A stretch of 59,899 bases of DNA from Herpetosiphonaceae bacterium. GTDB lineage: Bacteria; Chloroflexota; Chloroflexia; Chloroflexales; Kallotenuaceae. Of this stretch, positions 41,701-49,900 are shown piece after piece (position 1 is the stretch's first letter; each line of letters starts with the position of its first letter). Under the pieces are notes generated by a model, which saw only the letters and a list, made by a program, of their open reading frames with translations, did not search any database and was not told the DNA's origin. The stretch covers positions 1-59,899 of the forward strand of contig DASWTQ010000297.1 of assembly GCA_036402055.1 (NCBI GenBank), written 5' to 3'. The translations under genes were made by a program, and so were the position numbers.

Positions 41701-43494
41701 GGCATAGCTTAGCTCGCGGCCTTCACAGCAAACCGCTGTGGCATTGGGTGTGCGCGCCGCCTGGGCCTCGATCAGCCGGTGAACGCCGCCGCTGCCTGTC
41801 GCCTGGGCCGCAGCCGGTCGCGGTGTCGAGTGCGGTGCTCGTGTCGCAAGCAGCCGGCGATCGATCTTGCCGGTCGCGGTCAGCGGCAGCGCATCGCGCA
41901 CGTCGATCAGCGAAGGAATCATGTATTCGGGTAGCTGCTCGTGCAAGAAGGCGCGGAGCGCGGATGGAAGATCCGAGCCGTTATTTGTTGCCTGCCCGGC
42001 GCGCGGGACGACATAGCCTACCAGCTGCTGCGCCCCGAGATCTCCCGGCGGCTCGTGCAGCACAACCACGGCTTCGCGGACGGCAGGATGCCGCGCCAGC
42101 ACGGCTTCGATCTCGCCCAGCTCGATGCGCAGGCCGCGCAGCTTGACCTGGTGATCGATGCGGCCAAGAAACGCCAGCCGGCCATCCGGCAGGTAGCGCA
42201 CGCGATCACCGGTGCGATACAGCCGCGCGCCGGGATCGTCGCCGAACGGATCGGGAAGGAAGCGCTCGGCGGTGAGATCCGGCCGGTTGAGGTAGCCCTG
42301 AGCCACGCCTTCGCCGCCGATGTACAGCTCGCCCGGCGCGCCGATCGAAACAAGATCGCCCTGCTGATCCAGGACATACAGCCGTGTGTTGGCGATCGGT
42401 CGCCCGATCGTGATCTCGTCGCCGGCGACGAGTCGCGCCGCGCTGGCGTTGGCGGTCGTCTCCGTGGGGCCGTACAAATTCCAGAGCTGAAGCTCCGGCA
42501 ATGCCCGCAGCGTACGCGCGACCAGCTCCTCGGTGACGTGCTCGCCGCCGAGCATCAGCTGCACCAGACTACCGGCCGGCAGCACGATCCCGCGCGCATC
42601 GATCTCATCCAGCAGCGCGCTCCACAACGTCGGCACGCAGTTAAGCGCAACCTGCTGCCGTCGTGCGATCGCCGCGAGCAGCGCCGGCGGATGGCTGACG
42701 ATCTCGTTCGGGAGAATCCACACCGCCCGCCCACGCAGCAGCGGAACAAAGATCTGTTTGAGCGAAGCGTCGAAGGAAAGCCTGGTTACAAACGGCAGCC
42801 ACTGCACGCTGTCCGCGATCAATGTGTGCTCGGCCCAGCACAGATAGCTGATCAGGCTGCGATGCGTGATCAGCGTGCCTTTCGGCTGGCCGGTCGAGCC
42901 CGACGTGTAGAGCACATAGGCCGGGCTATCTGCGGTAGCGCGACATGCAGGCGCGGCAGCAGCGGACTGCTGGCTGATCTCGGTCCAGGCGCGATCCAGG
43001 TTCAGGATCGAGCACTTGCCGGCGCTGAGCAGGTGCTGCGTGGTTGTATCGGCGATCAGCAGGCGCGCGCGCGAGTCCTGAAGAATGAAGCTCAGGCGGT
43101 CGGCGGGATCGGCGGGATCGAGCGGCAGGTAGGCTGCGCCCGCTTTCAGCACGGCCAGCAGACTGATCAGTAGATCGCGCGAGCGCGGCAGGCACAGCGC
43201 AACCAGCGTACCCGGGCCGACGCCCCGCGCTTGAAGCAGATGGCCGAGTCGATTGGCGCGCTGGTCCAGGGCGGCGAAGCTGAGCACGGTCTCGTCGTGG
43301 ATGATCGCCGCCGCTGCGGGAGTGCGCGCCGCCTGCTCCGCGATCAGATCGTGGATGCGGGCATCATGCGGAAAATCGAGCGTGGTTGCGTTCCATGCGT
43401 AGAGCAGCTTCTGCCGTTCGGCAGCGCCGGGCTCCGTGCCGGTCTGCTCCGAAAAAGGCAGCGTTGCCGCCGGTTGTTCGTCGAGCGGATTCAT
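32743..43494 (-). CDS. NRPS, A - A - T - C - C - T - C - A - T - TE
   Basis: 3583 aa, numbered from 43494.
- A1 is about aa 28-550 (nt 41845-43413; YVLYTSGSTGQPKG, NLYGPTETT, YRTGDRVR, TATGKIDRR).
- A2 is about aa 570-1070 (nt 40285-41787; [41 protein letters not shown]).
- T1 is about aa 1083-1155 (nt 40030-40248; FFTLGGHSL).
- C1 is about aa 1172-1615 (nt 38650-39981; HHICADGWS).
- A linker spans aa 1616-1688.
- C2 is about aa 1689-2120 (nt 37135-38430; HHIIADAWS).
- T2 is about aa 2153-2225 (nt 36820-37038; FFALGGHSL).
- C3 is about aa 2243-2670 (nt 35485-36768; HHSIVDMWS).
- A3 is about aa 2690-3220 (nt 33835-35427).
- T3 is about aa 3232-3305.
- TE is about aa 3320-3575 (GWSLGG).
Hand-extracted codes are A1 DAKNMGLANK, A2 DALFYGLIAK and A3 DINDLGIDIK, none of which I could assign. 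Confidence 0.9.
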   Translation of the reverse strand: MNPLDEQPAATLPFSEQTGTEPGAAERQKLLYAWNATTLDFPHDARIHDLIAEQAARTPAAAAIIHDETVLSFAALDQRANRLGHLLQARGVGPGTLVALCLPRSRDLLISLLAVLKAGAAYLPLDPADPADRLSFILQDSRARLLIADTTTQHLLSAGKCSILNLDRAWTEISQQSAAAAPACRATADSPAYVLYTSGSTGQPKGTLITHRSLISYLCWAEHTLIADSVQWLPFVTRLSFDASLKQIFVPLLRGRAVWILPNEIVSHPPALLAAIARRQQVALNCVPTLWSALLDEIDARGIVLPAGSLVQLMLGGEHVTEELVARTLRALPELQLWNLYGPTETTANASAARLVAGDEITIGRPIANTRLYVLDQQGDLVSIGAPGELYIGGEGVAQGYLNRPDLTAERFLPDPFGDDPGARLYRTGDRVRYLPDGRLAFLGRIDHQVKLRGLRIELGEIEAVLARHPAVREAVVVLHEPPGDLGAQQLVGYVVPRAGQATNNGSDLPSALRAFLHEQLPEYMIPSLIDVRDALPLTATGKIDRRLLATRAPHSTPRPAAAQATGSGGVHRLIEAQAARTPNATAVCCEGRELSYAELNDQANRLATHLRRAGVGPEVIVGIYLDRSPELIVAILAILKAGGAYLPIEPSYPAERVEFMLHDSQAGLLLTQQRYSAALAGYAGKVLCLDAPALAADPVTSGSTAGVDVASDNLAYVIYTSGSTGRPKGVMISHGALSNFLAWLAQISPLDSADKALLKAPISFDASVLELFPPLVAGAALVVVPPDKHQDQTYLLDLIARQQVTTLFLVPSALRLLLDAPDLSERAASVRRVYSGAEAVTTELAAQFFRRLSIPLYNLYGPTEATIAATGWPQTGAQPLPDPLPIGYPGTNQAIYLLDRALREVPAGEIGEMYIGGMGVARGYLNRPDLTAEKFMADPFSSTPGTRLYKTGDLARRRADGSFEFIGRADHQVKIRGQRIELGEIEAALEALPAISQAIVAVFEPRPADQRLVAYVVPAPAQTLDEQQIRAALRETLPDYMVPALYIPLETLPQTPAGKIDRKALPAPADYLPARHSELIAPRTSVESYLAGLWAQVLGVSVVSVDDDFFTLGGHSLLATQIVTHANQRYGLGLSIAALFEHPTIADLAAVIDAAPRIERGPALSPQPRRKHEPLSFAQQRLWFFDQLMPGSALYNVPFALRLRGDLDIPALEHSLSEIVRRHEVLRTTFADIEGQPVAVIHPAQPGRLPIEDLSALEPAARMAEMHSRMRRDANQPFDLATGPLLRATLLRLSTHEHMLLLNVHHICADGWSVGVWSQELTSLYRAFRREHAQPAAAELASRLPELEIQYADFGQWQRRRLEAGDLEPQFAYWQSQLQPQGAPLLPPLDLPTDHPRPAQMTFAGSIYEFTLPADLVERVRSLSQATNATPFMVLLAAFKLLLHRYANHPDQLQVGIPIANRTHPALERLIGFFVNTLVIRTDFTGQPSFHQLVQQVRCTTLAAYDHQEVPFDKLVERLGASRDPKRPPLVQVMFVLQNGLSQSVQLPDLEIELVPTYADVARFDLTFSLTEQQSGLTGLIEYNTALFERASMIRLVEHFTWLLERVTATPDQPVAAIIQELERPAGVAEAATAAQPETDLNRSARVAARKEQLSAKKQALLQGLLRGAAQRGSREAAQVIPRRAGAEAPPLSFAQQRLWLLDQIGAGNGYNVVMAAELRGQLDLALMERSFNEIVRRHEILRTTFSLHGQQPVQIIAPALHIPLTIIHLEQRPHDAFVAAAEQQMRAELLRTFDLQAGPLVYVTMLCGDEQTYRLIVNIHHIIADAWSVDMLMKEMGAVYEALRQGRESPLPPLPIQYADYAVWQRQQLRDEVVEQQLSYWQARLANLPSALALPTDRPRPSVMSHRGAAHRFAVDQQIVTQIRALSQQTRTTHFMVYLAAFQALLAHYTAQTDIVVGSPIAHRPHPETEPLIGFFLNTLVLRTDLADDPSLLALLERVKSMMLEAQAHQDLPFERLVEALNPPRDPSRTPLFQVMFVLNQALPLPGDATPSFTMRLLPVDYLSAKFDLTLAITESADGAEGLIGYSSDLFDAESIAALSRHFLLLLARATQNPAAGVLSLPILSAEEQALLQARRLQPQSLSAPARELLAPRDELEERLIALWRALLAVPALGITDDFFALGGHSLLAMRMITQVHEHFDVVVPLRRFFDMPTIAGLATMIAETRHTGFADAPPIRPVGHDEPLPLSFGQQRLWFLHQLEESSSYNVVSPLHLQGPLSAVILQRCFNELIRRHTILRTRYVMQNGEPLQEILPALDLPLRLIDLTDVAAAERPHRARRIIAETSAQCFDLASGPLLTTTLLKLAEDEHVLILVLHHSIVDMWSLELLKHEMGLLYQAFSLDEPSPLLEPELQYADFAVWQRDWMQGRIFTEQLAYWTNQLHGLANLDLPADHPRPPISTYRGALHSFELPADQAAAVQQLSRSLGVTLFMTYLAAFKVLLKRYTGQRDIAVGTPIANRAQPGTEHMQGFFLNTLVLRTDLAADLSFVDLLGRVRSTTLDAYAHQELPFERLVEELQPTRDLSRTPLFQVLFVLTHQETQASPFSGLSVEQFATEHTSSKFDLTLFINETPQGLTCMIEYSTDLFEAATIVRMGQQLQRLLEAIVANPEQRITDLPLLSAAEQQQILHDWNRSEAEYPRDAAVHQLIEAQVERNPETAAIVYEGASLSYAELNARANQLAHYLRAQGVGPDVLVALMVERGLEMIVGMLAILKAGGAYVPLDPNYPADRLQYMLGHSQAPVLLTQDRLVGNLPNHSAQIFRLDADWERLAAYPATNPARTALPEHLAYIIYTSGSTGRPKGVMVKQQGLINLVHGLRAYFDDPQVQITGLITSISFDISVNQIFPTLIFGRTLHIISDEIKFNSRVLLRYLNDQQIHLLDAVPSYMQAVLNEVAPEQPANALRYLLIGGEKIEQRLLQSVFGQFGSTVEIINIYGLTEISDINILGPIRAEDVGKPITVGRPLQNNRIYIVDDHMQPQPIGIAGEVCVSGESVSRGYLFRPELTAERFVVCPFEDGQIMVRTGDLGRWRDDGTVEILGRIDHQVKVRGFRIETGEIEHALAQHPDINECVVVVREDAKGEKHLVAYVVKNREPRTKNQGDGSEAGSRSPGGHPVLGSADLRQRVGAQLPDYMIPSLFVELATLPKTPSGKIDRKALPAPNTTIDDPSALIAPRDALERQLVAVWEGVLGHAPIGVTHNFFALGGHSLLAARLVNELRAALEKEIPLALLLQNPTVEQLAAALRGTTAPAATPLVGLRTRGSRPPLFLIHPGGGQVLAYSRLVELMPHDQPIYGLQSSGLGGTTVHTTIEQMASAYLAAIREIAPHGPYLLGGWSLGGLIALEMAQQLRRTGERATLVAMIDTYAPLPEEQAAPESVDETDLLRMFIQDLGLDLPDSDSPAADNPADQLDASIQQAIQLGKLPSTLNPGDIRDLFTIFKTNYHAMLRYHPQSYTEDVLLIRASETSDPRVPEDRGWRHWIRGRLTIHQAPGSHFTMLRQPLGEHVAALLSRYLADAQAGDNV
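33955..34047 (-). repeat. In-frame repeat-like insertion in the A8-A9 loop of A3, with inverted heptamer arrays
   Basis: Extra codons KNREPRTKNQGDGSEAGSRSPGGHPVLGSADL lie between LVAYVV and LPDYMIP. On the plus strand the DNA reads AGAACC TAGAACC ... CTAGAACC ... TGGTTCT TAGTTCT CGGTTCT CGGTTCT. AGAACC units on one side therefore face their reverse complement GGTTCT on the other. Confidence 0.6.
38431..38649 (-). other. 73-aa C1-C2 interdomain linker carrying a docking-head-like motif
   Basis: Linker aa 1616-1688 contains ARKEQLSAKKQALLQGLLRGAAQ (nt 38479-38547). This matches the N-termini of the two C-starting proteins in the window, LSPKRRALLAALLKEQG (12986-13045) and TTEQKRALVAELLQRKIAA (46812-46880). 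It is absent from the ordinary T-to-C linkers. Confidence 0.55.
41770..41862 (-). other. Direct A1-A2 junction with no carrier domain
   Basis: The A10 motif of A1 (LPLTATGKIDRRLLATRAPHSTPRPAAAQATGSGG) runs straight into the A1-core start of A2 (VHRLIEAQAARTPNATAVCCEGRELSYAELN). The linker is about 20 aa, and no GGxS carrier motif occurs between them. Confidence 0.8.
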
Positions 43495-43544
43495 CAGTAT
43501 CCTTATCCTGGGTTCATGCTCCAGCTATCGGCAGGTGCCGGCGC

Positions 43545-46500
43545 TCAGTCGATCTCGATCGCATCCTCATCCATGGCCTCGATCTTTTCGAGCAGCGCCT
43601 CCTCGGCCACCAGCGCCAGGTCGGCAACGGTCGGCGCTTCAAAAAAGGCCCGGATCGGAATATCGACCTCAAAGGCGCTGCGGATGCGCGAGGCAAATTG
43701 AATCGCCAGGAGCGAGTGCAGGCCAAACTCAAAAAAGTTATCGTGCACGCCGATCCGGGTAATGCCGGAGATCTGCTGGAAGATGTCGGCGATAACTTCT
43801 TCGGCCAGGCTGCTGGGCGCAGTGTATGCGCGCTCCGAGGCGGCGCGATCCATATCGGGAGCCGGCAGCGCGCGGCGATCGATCTTGCCGCTGGCGGTGC
43901 GAGGCAGCGTTTCCAGCAGCACGATATGGCCGGGCACCATATAGTCAGGCAGGCGCTTTTTCAAGAAGAGCCGCAGATCCTGGACGGCTAGCTCGGCGCC
44001 CGAGATCGGCTCCGCATAGGCGACTAGCTGCGTGCCGCCGGGCATGTCGCGCGTAACCACCACCGCCGTCGAACATGACGGGTGCTGCTGCGCGACGGCC
44101 TCGATCTCGCCCAGCTCGACGCGGAAGCCGCGCAGCTTGACCTGTCGATCTGTGCGTCCGAGAAATTCTATCGTGCCGTCGGCAAGATAGCGCGCCCGAT
44201 CGCCGGTTTTGTAGAGCCGCGCGCCGGGTGTAGCGCTGAACGGATGCGGAAGAAAGCGCTCGGCGGTCAGATGCGGCTGTGCCAGGTAGCCGCGTGCTAG
44301 CCCCGCGCCGCCAAGATACAGCTCGCCCGGCACGCCGATCGGGACAGGCTGACCACGCCGGTCGAGAATATAGATCTGGGTGTTGCCAAAGGGCTGCCCG
44401 ATCGGCACCAGCTGATCGGCGGCGCGCGACTCGGCCAGGGCGTCGTACCAGGTGCTGTCGATCGTGGCTTCGGTGACGCCGAACGAGTTGACGACGCGCG
44501 TGCTGGGGCTGCACAGCCGGCGGATCTGATCGAACTCCTCCATGTACCAGCTATCCGAGCCGCACACCAGCAGCCGCAGCGTGTCTAGCCGCAGGTCGTT
44601 TTCGGCCAGGTACTGCATCAGCGGTCGCAGCACGGCCGGCACAAACTCGGCGGCGTCGATCTGTTCGCGGCGGATCAGGTCGTACAGGTGATCCGGCGCC
44701 AGCAGCAGATCGCGAGGACACAGCACGAGCGTTCCGCCGGAGCAGAGAGCGCGTACCAGGTCGCCCACGAACACGTCAAAGGTAACATTGGCCATCTGCA
44801 AATGGCGGCGCGCGGTGCTGAGGTCGTAGGTTTCTTCCCAGGCGCGGTAGCTGTTGACCAGATTGCGATGCGGGATCATCACGCCTTTGGGCCGACCGGT
44901 CGAGCCCGAAGTGTAGATGATATAGGCCAGATTGTCGGCCGTGCTCCGGCACTGCGGCGCGCTCTCCGGTCTCTGCGCGATGGCCGGCGCGTCGCCGTCC
45001 AGGCACACGATCTGCGCGTCATGCTCCGGCATCGCATCGACCAGCCGCTGCTGCGTGATCACGATGGCCGCGCCGGTGTCGGACAGGATCGCGTGCTGGC
45101 GCTCGGACGGAAGATCGGGATCGAGCGGCGTGTAGGCAGCGCCGGCCTTGAGCACGGCCAGGATCGCTACCACCAGCTCCAGCGAGCGCTCAAGGCAGAT
45201 GCCGACCCGCATCTCTGGCTCGATGCCCAGCGCTTGCAGGTGGTGCGCCAGCTGGTTGGCCCGCCGATCAAGCTCGGCATAGCTCAGGCGCTCGCTCCGC
45301 CAGACAACGGCGGTCGCGGCAGGTGTGCGGGCGGCCTGCTCCGCGATCAAGTCGTGGATGCAGCGATCGACGGTGTAGGGCCGCGCGGTTGTATTCCAGT
45401 CAACCAGCAGCTGCCGGCGCTCGACCGAATCCAGCAGCGGGATCTCGTCGATCCGCTGGTCCGGGTTCGCCGCCATGCTCTGCAACACCGTCTCGAAATG
45501 CCGGGCGAACTGCTCGATCGTCGTCGCGTCATACAGATCGACATTGTACTCAAGGTGGCCGCTGATCTCTTCGCGGAAGCCCTCGACCCAGATCGTGAGG
45601 TCGTAGTTGGCGCGGCCGTTGTCGTCGAGTGTCGAGCGGGTCAGCGTCAGGTTGGGCAGCTGCGAGACCGGCGGCACCGGCGTATTTTGCAGCACCATCA
45701 TGATCTGGAAGAGCGGCGTGTGGCTCAGGTGACGCTCGACCTTCAGCTCTTCCAGCAGCTTCTCGAAGGGCAGGTCTTGATGCGCATAGGCGCCCAGTGT
45801 TACATCGCGGACCCGGTGCAGCAGCTCGCGCACAGTTGGCCGTCCCGCCAGCGAGGTGCGCAGCACCAGGTTGTTGACGAAGAAGCCCAGCAGCGGCTCC
45901 AGCACGCTCTGGCTGCGATTGGCGATATAGGTGCCGACAGGAACGTCGTCGTGCTCCGTGTAGCGATACAGGACCAGCTTCAAGGCCGTGAGCAGCGTCA
46001 TGAACAGGGTGATGCCCTCGCTCTTGCTGAGCTGTTTCAGCGCTGTAGAAAGCTGCGGCGAGAAGGCGAAGGGCAGGATCGCGCCACAGTACGTCTGCAT
46101 CGACGGTCGTGGCCGGTCGGTCGGCAGCGACAAAAACGCCGGCGTATCGGCGAGCTGTTGCCGCCAGTAGCTCAGCAGGCGCTCCAGCGCGCCGCCGGGT
46201 GCGTCGGGCGCGAGCCACTGGTGCTGCCAGTAGGCATAATCGGCGTACTGCACCGCGAGCGGCGGGAGTGGATCGGGCTGTCCCATCAGCGCGGCGGCGT
46301 ACACCATGCCGATCTCGCGCACGACGATCGGGCCTGACCAGCCATCGGAGATGATATGGTGCATCGTCAGGAGAATGTAGTGATCTTTCTCGTCCAGGCG
46401 CAGCAGCGAGGCGCGGATCAGCGGCCCGACTGCCAGATCGAAGGGCGTGGCGGCCTCCTCGCGGGCCAGGCGCTGCACCTCGGCCTCGCGCTCCTCCGGC

Positions 46501-46892
46501 GGCAGATGGGTCAGCGAGATCAGCGGCAGCGGCACATGCAGCACGGGCGGGATCACCTGCCGGGGCCGTCCGTCGACGCTGACAAAGGTCGTGCGCAGGA
46601 TCTCGTGGCGCTGCACAACATCGTTCAGGCTGCGCTGCAACATCGCAATATTGAGCGTGCCGCTGAGACGGTAGAGCGAGAAGAGATTGTACGCGGCTAC
46701 TCCCGGCTCCAGCTGATCCAGAAACCACTGGCGCAGCTGTGGGAAGGAGAGCGGCATATCTTCCGTGCGCGGCACCGGCACGATCGGCGGCATGGCCGAG
46801 GCCGGCAGCGCTTGCTGTTTGGCCGCGATCTTACGCTGGAGCAGCTCCGCCACCAGGGCGCGTTTTTGTTCAGTCGTCAGGTTATCCGACAT
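43545..46892 (-). CDS. NRPS, C - A(Orn-like) - T
   Basis: 1115 aa. C is about aa 44-480 (nt 45453-46763, HHIISDGWS). A is about aa 500-1010 (nt 43863-45395), with [36 protein letters not shown] and SGKIDRR. T is about aa 1025-1095 (nt 43608-43820, FFEFGLHSL). The hand-extracted code DVGEVGSIDK matches the published Orn code DVGEIGSIDK at 9 of 10 positions. Confidence 0.9.
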   Translation of the reverse strand: MSDNLTTEQKRALVAELLQRKIAAKQQALPASAMPPIVPVPRTEDMPLSFPQLRQWFLDQLEPGVAAYNLFSLYRLSGTLNIAMLQRSLNDVVQRHEILRTTFVSVDGRPRQVIPPVLHVPLPLISLTHLPPEEREAEVQRLAREEAATPFDLAVGPLIRASLLRLDEKDHYILLTMHHIISDGWSGPIVVREIGMVYAAALMGQPDPLPPLAVQYADYAYWQHQWLAPDAPGGALERLLSYWRQQLADTPAFLSLPTDRPRPSMQTYCGAILPFAFSPQLSTALKQLSKSEGITLFMTLLTALKLVLYRYTEHDDVPVGTYIANRSQSVLEPLLGFFVNNLVLRTSLAGRPTVRELLHRVRDVTLGAYAHQDLPFEKLLEELKVERHLSHTPLFQIMMVLQNTPVPPVSQLPNLTLTRSTLDDNGRANYDLTIWVEGFREEISGHLEYNVDLYDATTIEQFARHFETVLQSMAANPDQRIDEIPLLDSVERRQLLVDWNTTARPYTVDRCIHDLIAEQAARTPAATAVVWRSERLSYAELDRRANQLAHHLQALGIEPEMRVGICLERSLELVVAILAVLKAGAAYTPLDPDLPSERQHAILSDTGAAIVITQQRLVDAMPEHDAQIVCLDGDAPAIAQRPESAPQCRSTADNLAYIIYTSGSTGRPKGVMIPHRNLVNSYRAWEETYDLSTARRHLQMANVTFDVFVGDLVRALCSGGTLVLCPRDLLLAPDHLYDLIRREQIDAAEFVPAVLRPLMQYLAENDLRLDTLRLLVCGSDSWYMEEFDQIRRLCSPSTRVVNSFGVTEATIDSTWYDALAESRAADQLVPIGQPFGNTQIYILDRRGQPVPIGVPGELYLGGAGLARGYLAQPHLTAERFLPHPFSATPGARLYKTGDRARYLADGTIEFLGRTDRQVKLRGFRVELGEIEAVAQQHPSCSTAVVVTRDMPGGTQLVAYAEPISGAELAVQDLRLFLKKRLPDYMVPGHIVLLETLPRTASGKIDRRALPAPDMDRAASERAYTAPSSLAEEVIADIFQQISGITRIGVHDNFFEFGLHSLLAIQFASRIRSAFEVDIPIRAFFEAPTVADLALVAEEALLEKIEAMDEDAIEID

Positions 46893-46972
46893 AGGGGGTG
46901 TGTCCTTGTATGACTATGCCGCAATCCGCGCCGGCGGCGAAACCCACCGGCGCGAGTCGGCTCGGGAGCCGG

Positions 46973-49900
46973 TTATTCATTCGTCAGCCTGGCGAGCAGC
47001 GCATCAAGATCGGCCTCGGAGAGCTGATCGATATTGGCCAGCAGCGCCTCCTCCTCGACCGCGCCGTCACCGCTGCTCCCATCCGGTGCTGGTGCATCGC
47101 CCAGCAGCTGCGCCAGCTCCGCGATCGTCTGGTGCTGGAAAAACTGGTTGGGGCTTAGCTCAAAGCCGGCTTCTTTGGCGCGCACCATGATCTGCGTTCC
47201 GAGCAGCGAGTCGCCGCCCAGCTCGAAAAAGTTGTCGTGAATGCCGACCTGCTCGATGCACAGCACATCCTGCCAGAGCGTGGCGATGCGCTGCTCAAGC
47301 TCGGTTCCTGGCGCGACATACGGCGTCGGCAGATCCGGGCGCGGGTAGGTTTCCACGCGCAGTGTCGCGGACTGGCCGGCCATCTCGGTCAGCAGCCGGT
47401 GCGGATCGAAGCGATTAACCTCGTCGATGACGCCCGCCAGATCGCGCGTGGAAACGATGATCTGCGGCAGATGGTTGAGGGCCAGAATCCGCCTCAGCAC
47501 GGCGATGCCTTCCTCGGGCAGGATCGCGTCTTTCAGCGTGCGCAGCCCTTCGGCCAGGCCGCCGGGCGCCAGGCTGTCGGTCTCGGCCGGCGTGGAATCG
47601 AGCGCATCGCTCTGCGCCGACTCGTAGAGCCGCACCAGCGCATCCGGCGCGACCCGCTTCACGGTGAAGCCTTCGATGTTGACCGCGACGTTGCCCTCAG
47701 CATCCATGATCGCCACATCGATCACCACGGTCTCGTCGCCGGGCGTCGTGTCGTGGGGCAGGCGCACATAGCAGTAGAGGGTTTTGGGAAATGCGCCGTA
47801 GATCTGGACCCGCGCGTAGGAGAGCGGCAGATAGTTGCCCTCGCCGATCGATTGGATCGCGAAGCTGGTCGCGATGTCCATCAGCGCCGGGTGGATCGCG
47901 AAGCGCTCGTCGGCGGCGACAAACGACTCGTCAAGCTCCAGCACCGCCAGTCCCTCGCCAGTTCCGGCGTACACCGCCTTGATACAGTTCCAGCGCGGGC
48001 CGACGTCCACAAACTCGGCCATCTTCGCCCGCGACTCGGTCGTCACATGGAGGTCGACCGGCGCGCAGCGTATCAGAATGCCGGGAAGATCCAGCACCGG
48101 CTGCGCGGCGACCGGCAGCGCGGCGACTTTGCCGACCACATGATCTTTCCAGCGGGTGCGGCCAAGCACGGTCGCCTGGCTGGAGATCCGTACCGCCAGC
48201 TCGTCGGCGCCGCCTTCCAGCAGCACCCGCAGCGATTTGCGCTCGCTCTCGCCGACCATGAAGGGCGTCATGAACAGGAGATCGCGAATCTCCACCGCGC
48301 TCGATCCGCGATGACGCGTAAAGGCGCTGTACACAACCTCGGGATAGGTCGCGCCGGGAATCGTCGGCGTGCCCAGCACGCGATGCTCGCCCAGCACCCA
48401 GTGCGTGCGCGGATCGAACTCGGTCGTGAACTGCGCGCGCTCGGGCGACTCGCTGGTGTAGGTGTCCAGCAGCGGATGTTCGGCAGCCTTGCCCTGCGGC
48501 TGTCCCGGCAGCGCGCGCAGCCCTTCGGTCGCCACCGCCATGCCGACTTTCTGCCAGGCATCCCAGTTGATCGCGACGGTAAATACGCCCTGCTGTGAGT
48601 TGGCGTGCGCGAAGGCATCTAAAAAGCTGTTGGCCGCGCAGTAGTCGGCCTGGCCCATGCCGCCGGTGATCGCGGTGATCGACGAGAACAGCACCATGAA
48701 ATCCAGCGGCACCTGGCGCAGCGCGCTGTCGAGCAGGAGCGTACCCTGGATTTTGGGCGCCAGCACCGCCACCGCGTCTTCCGGCCGCTTGAGCTGGATG
48801 ATGCCCGCGCCGGGCAGGCCGGCGGCGTGAAAAACGCCGTGCAGCGTGCCGAACGTGCCGATCGTCTCACGGACCAGCGCCTCGACATGTATAGGATCGG
48901 TGATGTCGGCGGGGAAGAGCAGCACCTCGGCGCCTGCCGCCTCCAGCGCCTGCACCTGGCGGATTTTCTCGCGGGTCGCGGCGGCGGCATCGTCGGTGGT
49001 TGCCAGCCAGATCGACCAGGCCTCGCGATCGGGCAGCGGCGTGCGGCTGGTCAGCACGAGCTTCGGCTGGATGCTGCGCGCAAGCTCACGCGCCACCTCC
49101 AGGCCGATGCCGCCCAGGCCACCGGTGATCAGGTACACGCCGCCGGTTCGCAGCCGGTCCGCGATCGGCTGCGAGGGCTCAGGCAGCGGCGCGGCCTCAT
49201 ACGTTTGCGCCCAGCGATACATGCCGCGATAGGCGATCACCGGATCGACGGCGGCGCTGTGTAGCTCCAGCCAGAGCTGCTCGACGAGCTGCTGCGCCTG
49301 CGTTGAAGCCGGTGCCGGCAGCGCCACGTCGATGCTCTGGCAGCTGATATGCTTGTACTCCTGCGCGATAACCTTGCACAGCCCGAGCAGCGGCGCCTTG
49401 GTCGGGTGCAGCTCCGGCTCATTGGCGACCGCCTGCATGCCGCTGGAGACCACGTGCAGGCGCATCGGCTGCTGCTCTTTCAAGCGGCCCAGGCTTTGCG
49501 CCAGTGCCAGCAGACCATAAAAGCCGTAGGCCAGATCGTGCTCGGCTCGCTCCAGCGGCGACGCGCCCTCGGCCAACGCGGCCGTCCACAAATAGACGAT
49601 TCCATGCGGCAGGCTGCCTGTCTCGGCGAGCCGGCCCAGCAGATGATCATAGTCGCCACTTTGCTGCGGATTGATGACATACTGCTGCGTGTCGATCTGC
49701 GCAAACTCAGGCCCGACGCCCACCGTTACGATGCGATCGCCGGACGCCGCCAGCCGCTGCGTGCAGGCGCTGCTGAGCCAGGTGTTATCGACAAACACGA
49801 GCCAGGTACGCGGCTCGTCGGTGTGCGGGACCGGCGGCTGCGATCGCTTCCACGATGGAATATAAAGCCAGTCGGCCAGATCGGCCTTGCGGCTCAGGGC

